From a virus (Duplodnaviria; Caudoviricetes), in the IMG/VR virus record IMGVR_UViG_3300020037_006332, positions 8,561 to 72,560 of that record: 64,000 nt of DNA. One strand, 5' to 3'. The notes under the pieces are model-generated. The model did no database searches and had not been told where the DNA came from. It saw nothing but the letters and a program-made list of their open reading frames with translations. A program made the position numbers and the translations under genes. Of this stretch, positions 62,253 through 64,000 are shown in pieces; position 1 is the stretch's first letter; every line of letters begins with the position of its first letter.

Positions 62253-62420
62253 TTAGGTGGTGGTGGTGGTCAAGTAGGCTACCGACTTCCAGGCGGAGCC
62301 GTTGTAAACCAGAAATTCCTGGGTGGTCGTGTCGAAATAGGTAAACCCGATTTCGGCGTTCGTCGGCCGCTTGGCGGTGGTGCCGCTGGTTTCCAGGCCG
62401 TGTTCTACATAAGGGGGCAT
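62253..62420 (-). CDS. Small virion-type protein (55 aa, below the ORF-track cutoff)
   Basis: MPPYVEHGLETSGTTAKRPTNAEIGFTYFDTTTQEFLVYNGSAWKSVAYLTTTTT; GTTAxRP..G..YFDT...YNG.W motif common in phage fibre proteins. Confidence 0.7.
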   Translation of the reverse strand: MPPYVEHGLETSGTTAKRPTNAEIGFTYFDTTTQEFLVYNGSAWKSVAYLTTTTT

Positions 62421-62432
62421 GGGTTAATTTCC

Positions 62433-63656
62433 TTAGCTAAGGGTGATCGTAACGTCGTAGCCGACGTCTAGGGTGACGTCTTCTAGCTTGCACTTGTCGA
62501 GCAAAATGCCGGTGGTAAATGAGCCACTGGCCAGCGGGTCGGAAATGGTCGAGCCGGCGGCCAGCGTGCAGTTGTTAATGACCTTGGCCCCGGATCGGTA
62601 GGTTAAATCCAGGGTACTGCCGTTGCTGCCGGAATAGTCTTCGACGTCGCCGCCCGCGTGCAGGATGCCGCCGTAGTTCAGGACGGTGGCGGTAGTCGCG
62701 GTGGGTAGGAAAACTTCAGCCCCGTCGTAAATATTCAGGGTGTCGCTGGGGGTGACGCTCCCCTTGAGGGTCACGGCGGCCCCGTCGGCGGCGGTTAAAT
62801 TTTCGAGTCCGGTGGTGTTGGCGATTTCCAGGGTGAGCGGGTTGCCGTTGGTGGGCGTGGCTACAATGTCTTCGATAACGCTGGAATGCCCAGAGAAGAC
62901 GCTGACCCCGACGTCGCCCCCATAGACTTGCAGCGACGCCCCGGTCGTGAGCCCGGTAAGGCAAACCGTGGGCTCGGCGGGGTCGCTCCGGTTGGCGGAG
63001 TTGAGAATCACGACGGCCCCAGCCCCTAGCGAATAGAATTTGGCCCGGGCTCCGGTGCCGGCATATTCCACGGGGACGGCGGTGGCTAGGTGGGTGGCCC
63101 GATATTCGTCGTAGCCGGCGGGGTTCCGCTCGGGGAGCCCGATGCTGCCGCTATACGTCGACATAACCCGGCAGGTGGTGCTGACGCAATGCTGGAGGCC
63201 ATACAGCAGGTCGATATTCGATAGCTCGAAGATCAGCGTATCGCCAGCCCCGGGGACGGCTCCGCCGCTCCAATTCGACGCGACGTTAAACTCGTTGGGG
63301 CCGCTATTGGGGGTGACGCTTGCGATGCCAATCGCGTGCAGGTTGGTGCCGCCGGTCCCTTGGGCCTTGCTGACGGTGATCGCATGGGAGCGGCCGGCGA
63401 CGCTGGCCGTGCAGTCGACGCGAAGCACGCCTTCGGCAAAGGTGAGTTCGGTGAATTCCGTGATCGTGGAAGCCGCTAGGGCGGCGGCTAACCCGGTGCG
63501 GACGCTGGCCGTCGTGGTGGCAGTGGCGGTATAGGTGACGCTCTTGCCGTTGATCGTGACGGTGAACGTGTTGCCAATGGCGACCACGCCCGACACGGTG
63601 ATCGTGTCGACCTGGGCGACGGTTGGGGCGTGTCCTAGGAAAGAGACGTTCGCCAT
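62433..63656 (-). CDS. Putative tail structural protein (beta-rich)
   Basis: AQVDTITVSG...FTVTINGKSVTYTA N-terminus; WSGGAVPGAGD; Thr/Gly-rich. Confidence 0.6.
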   Translation of the reverse strand: MANVSFLGHAPTVAQVDTITVSGVVAIGNTFTVTINGKSVTYTATATTTASVRTGLAAALAASTITEFTELTFAEGVLRVDCTASVAGRSHAITVSKAQGTGGTNLHAIGIASVTPNSGPNEFNVASNWSGGAVPGAGDTLIFELSNIDLLYGLQHCVSTTCRVMSTYSGSIGLPERNPAGYDEYRATHLATAVPVEYAGTGARAKFYSLGAGAVVILNSANRSDPAEPTVCLTGLTTGASLQVYGGDVGVSVFSGHSSVIEDIVATPTNGNPLTLEIANTTGLENLTAADGAAVTLKGSVTPSDTLNIYDGAEVFLPTATTATVLNYGGILHAGGDVEDYSGSNGSTLDLTYRSGAKVINNCTLAAGSTISDPLASGSFTTGILLDKCKLEDVTLDVGYDVTITLS

Positions 63657-63702
63657 TGTTTTCGGGCCTCCTTGCCCAAACTAGCTGCGGGGCTCGATTC
63701 TA

Positions 63703-64000
63703 CTAAAACGCGAGTTTCTTGTCGAATGCGGTGGGCTTGAGGGCGAGCGTGTCCATGCTGGCGGTTTCCCACGGGAGTTTGCCAATGGCGATTTTCTCGC
63801 CGTCCCGGTAGGGCCGGTCGATGCCGTGGGTATATTCGACTTCCAGGTGGTAGCGGCGGGTTTTCTTGTCGGCGGTATAGGTCGAATGGGCCACGATTTC
63901 GCTTTCGCCAATCAGGCGGATATGCCGGGCATTGGAAAAAATATTCGTGGGCGGCGGGAGCTGGGGCCATTCGCCGTATCGCTCGGCGATGATCTTGATG
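63703..64000 (-). CDS. 3' end of a gene entering from outside the window
   Basis: Frame open from 63999 (IKIIAERYGEWPQLP...KLAF). Confidence 0.6.
   Translation of the reverse strand, partial: IKIIAERYGEWPQLPPPTNIFSNARHIRLIGESEIVAHSTYTADKKTRRYHLEVEYTHGIDRPYRDGEKIAIGKLPWETASMDTLALKPTAFDKKLAF

Noticed and set aside
55-62800. Telomere-like GGGTTA repeats
   Set aside because: The hexamer is dispersed and never tandem, so it is reported only as a polar motif.
1-64000. Most plus-strand and alternate-frame ORFs in the six-frame track
   Set aside because: They are shadows of GC-rich minus-strand genes, with Arg/Pro/Ala-rich composition and no motifs or RBS. I kept only 7834, 12948, 51688, 52241 and 52321.
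1-64000. Stop-codon reassignment (TAG read-through), suggested by abundant CTAG
   Set aside because: Long genes are intact in the standard code, CTAG inside genes is mostly CTA-G (Leu), and TAG stops coincide with natural gene ends.
1-64000. Integrase, att sites, tRNAs, rRNA, major capsid protein, endolysin
   Set aside because: None is recognisable in this window, though they may lie outside it. Lifestyle is therefore not called.

Overview
This 64 kb GC-rich window is an internal segment of a large tailed-phage (Caudoviricetes-like) genome, and almost all genes lie on the minus strand. I see no integrase, att site, tRNA, rRNA or CRISPR array, so prophage versus free phage cannot be decided. 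A Planctomycetota-like host is only an inference from the style of the secreted and Thr/Cys-rich proteins. Reading in the direction of transcription (high to low coordinates), the order is: tail/virion genes (64.0-58.3 kb); a glycosyltransferase/methyltransferase/radical-SAM cluster (58.2-52.8 kb); a short plus-strand block with a divergent promoter (52.7-51.2 kb); probable early genes (DUF6011-like, MoxR AAA+, DUF2201/VWA, CsrA); recombination and replication genes (YqaJ, RecT-like, initiator); many small paralogous ORFs; an S8 protease, di-haem cytochrome c peroxidase and N4/N6 DNA methyltransferase; a GHKL ATPase plus ParB-like pair; secreted and membrane proteins; small and large terminase; a 1628-aa portal fusion; and a tandem-metallopeptidase protein. 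The most unusual observations are: (1) an intein in the terminase Walker A motif carrying an HNH endonuclease gene on the opposite strand with its own promoter; (2) twelve small proteins sharing a C-terminal [DE]xIFL[GP]-type motif; (3) a portal fused to repeated WDESKHPR..GKFG tags and a zincin domain, with the same modules in a downstream gene; (4) a TAYAGCGAGCG box overlapping about 16 promoter-like sites and an AAAATCGC leader motif; (5) a strongly strand-polarised TTAACC motif; and (6) C-terminal poly-Thr tags on putative virion proteins, most of them near the glycosyltransferases. Family assignments come from motif recognition by eye and counts are by eye; no searches were run.
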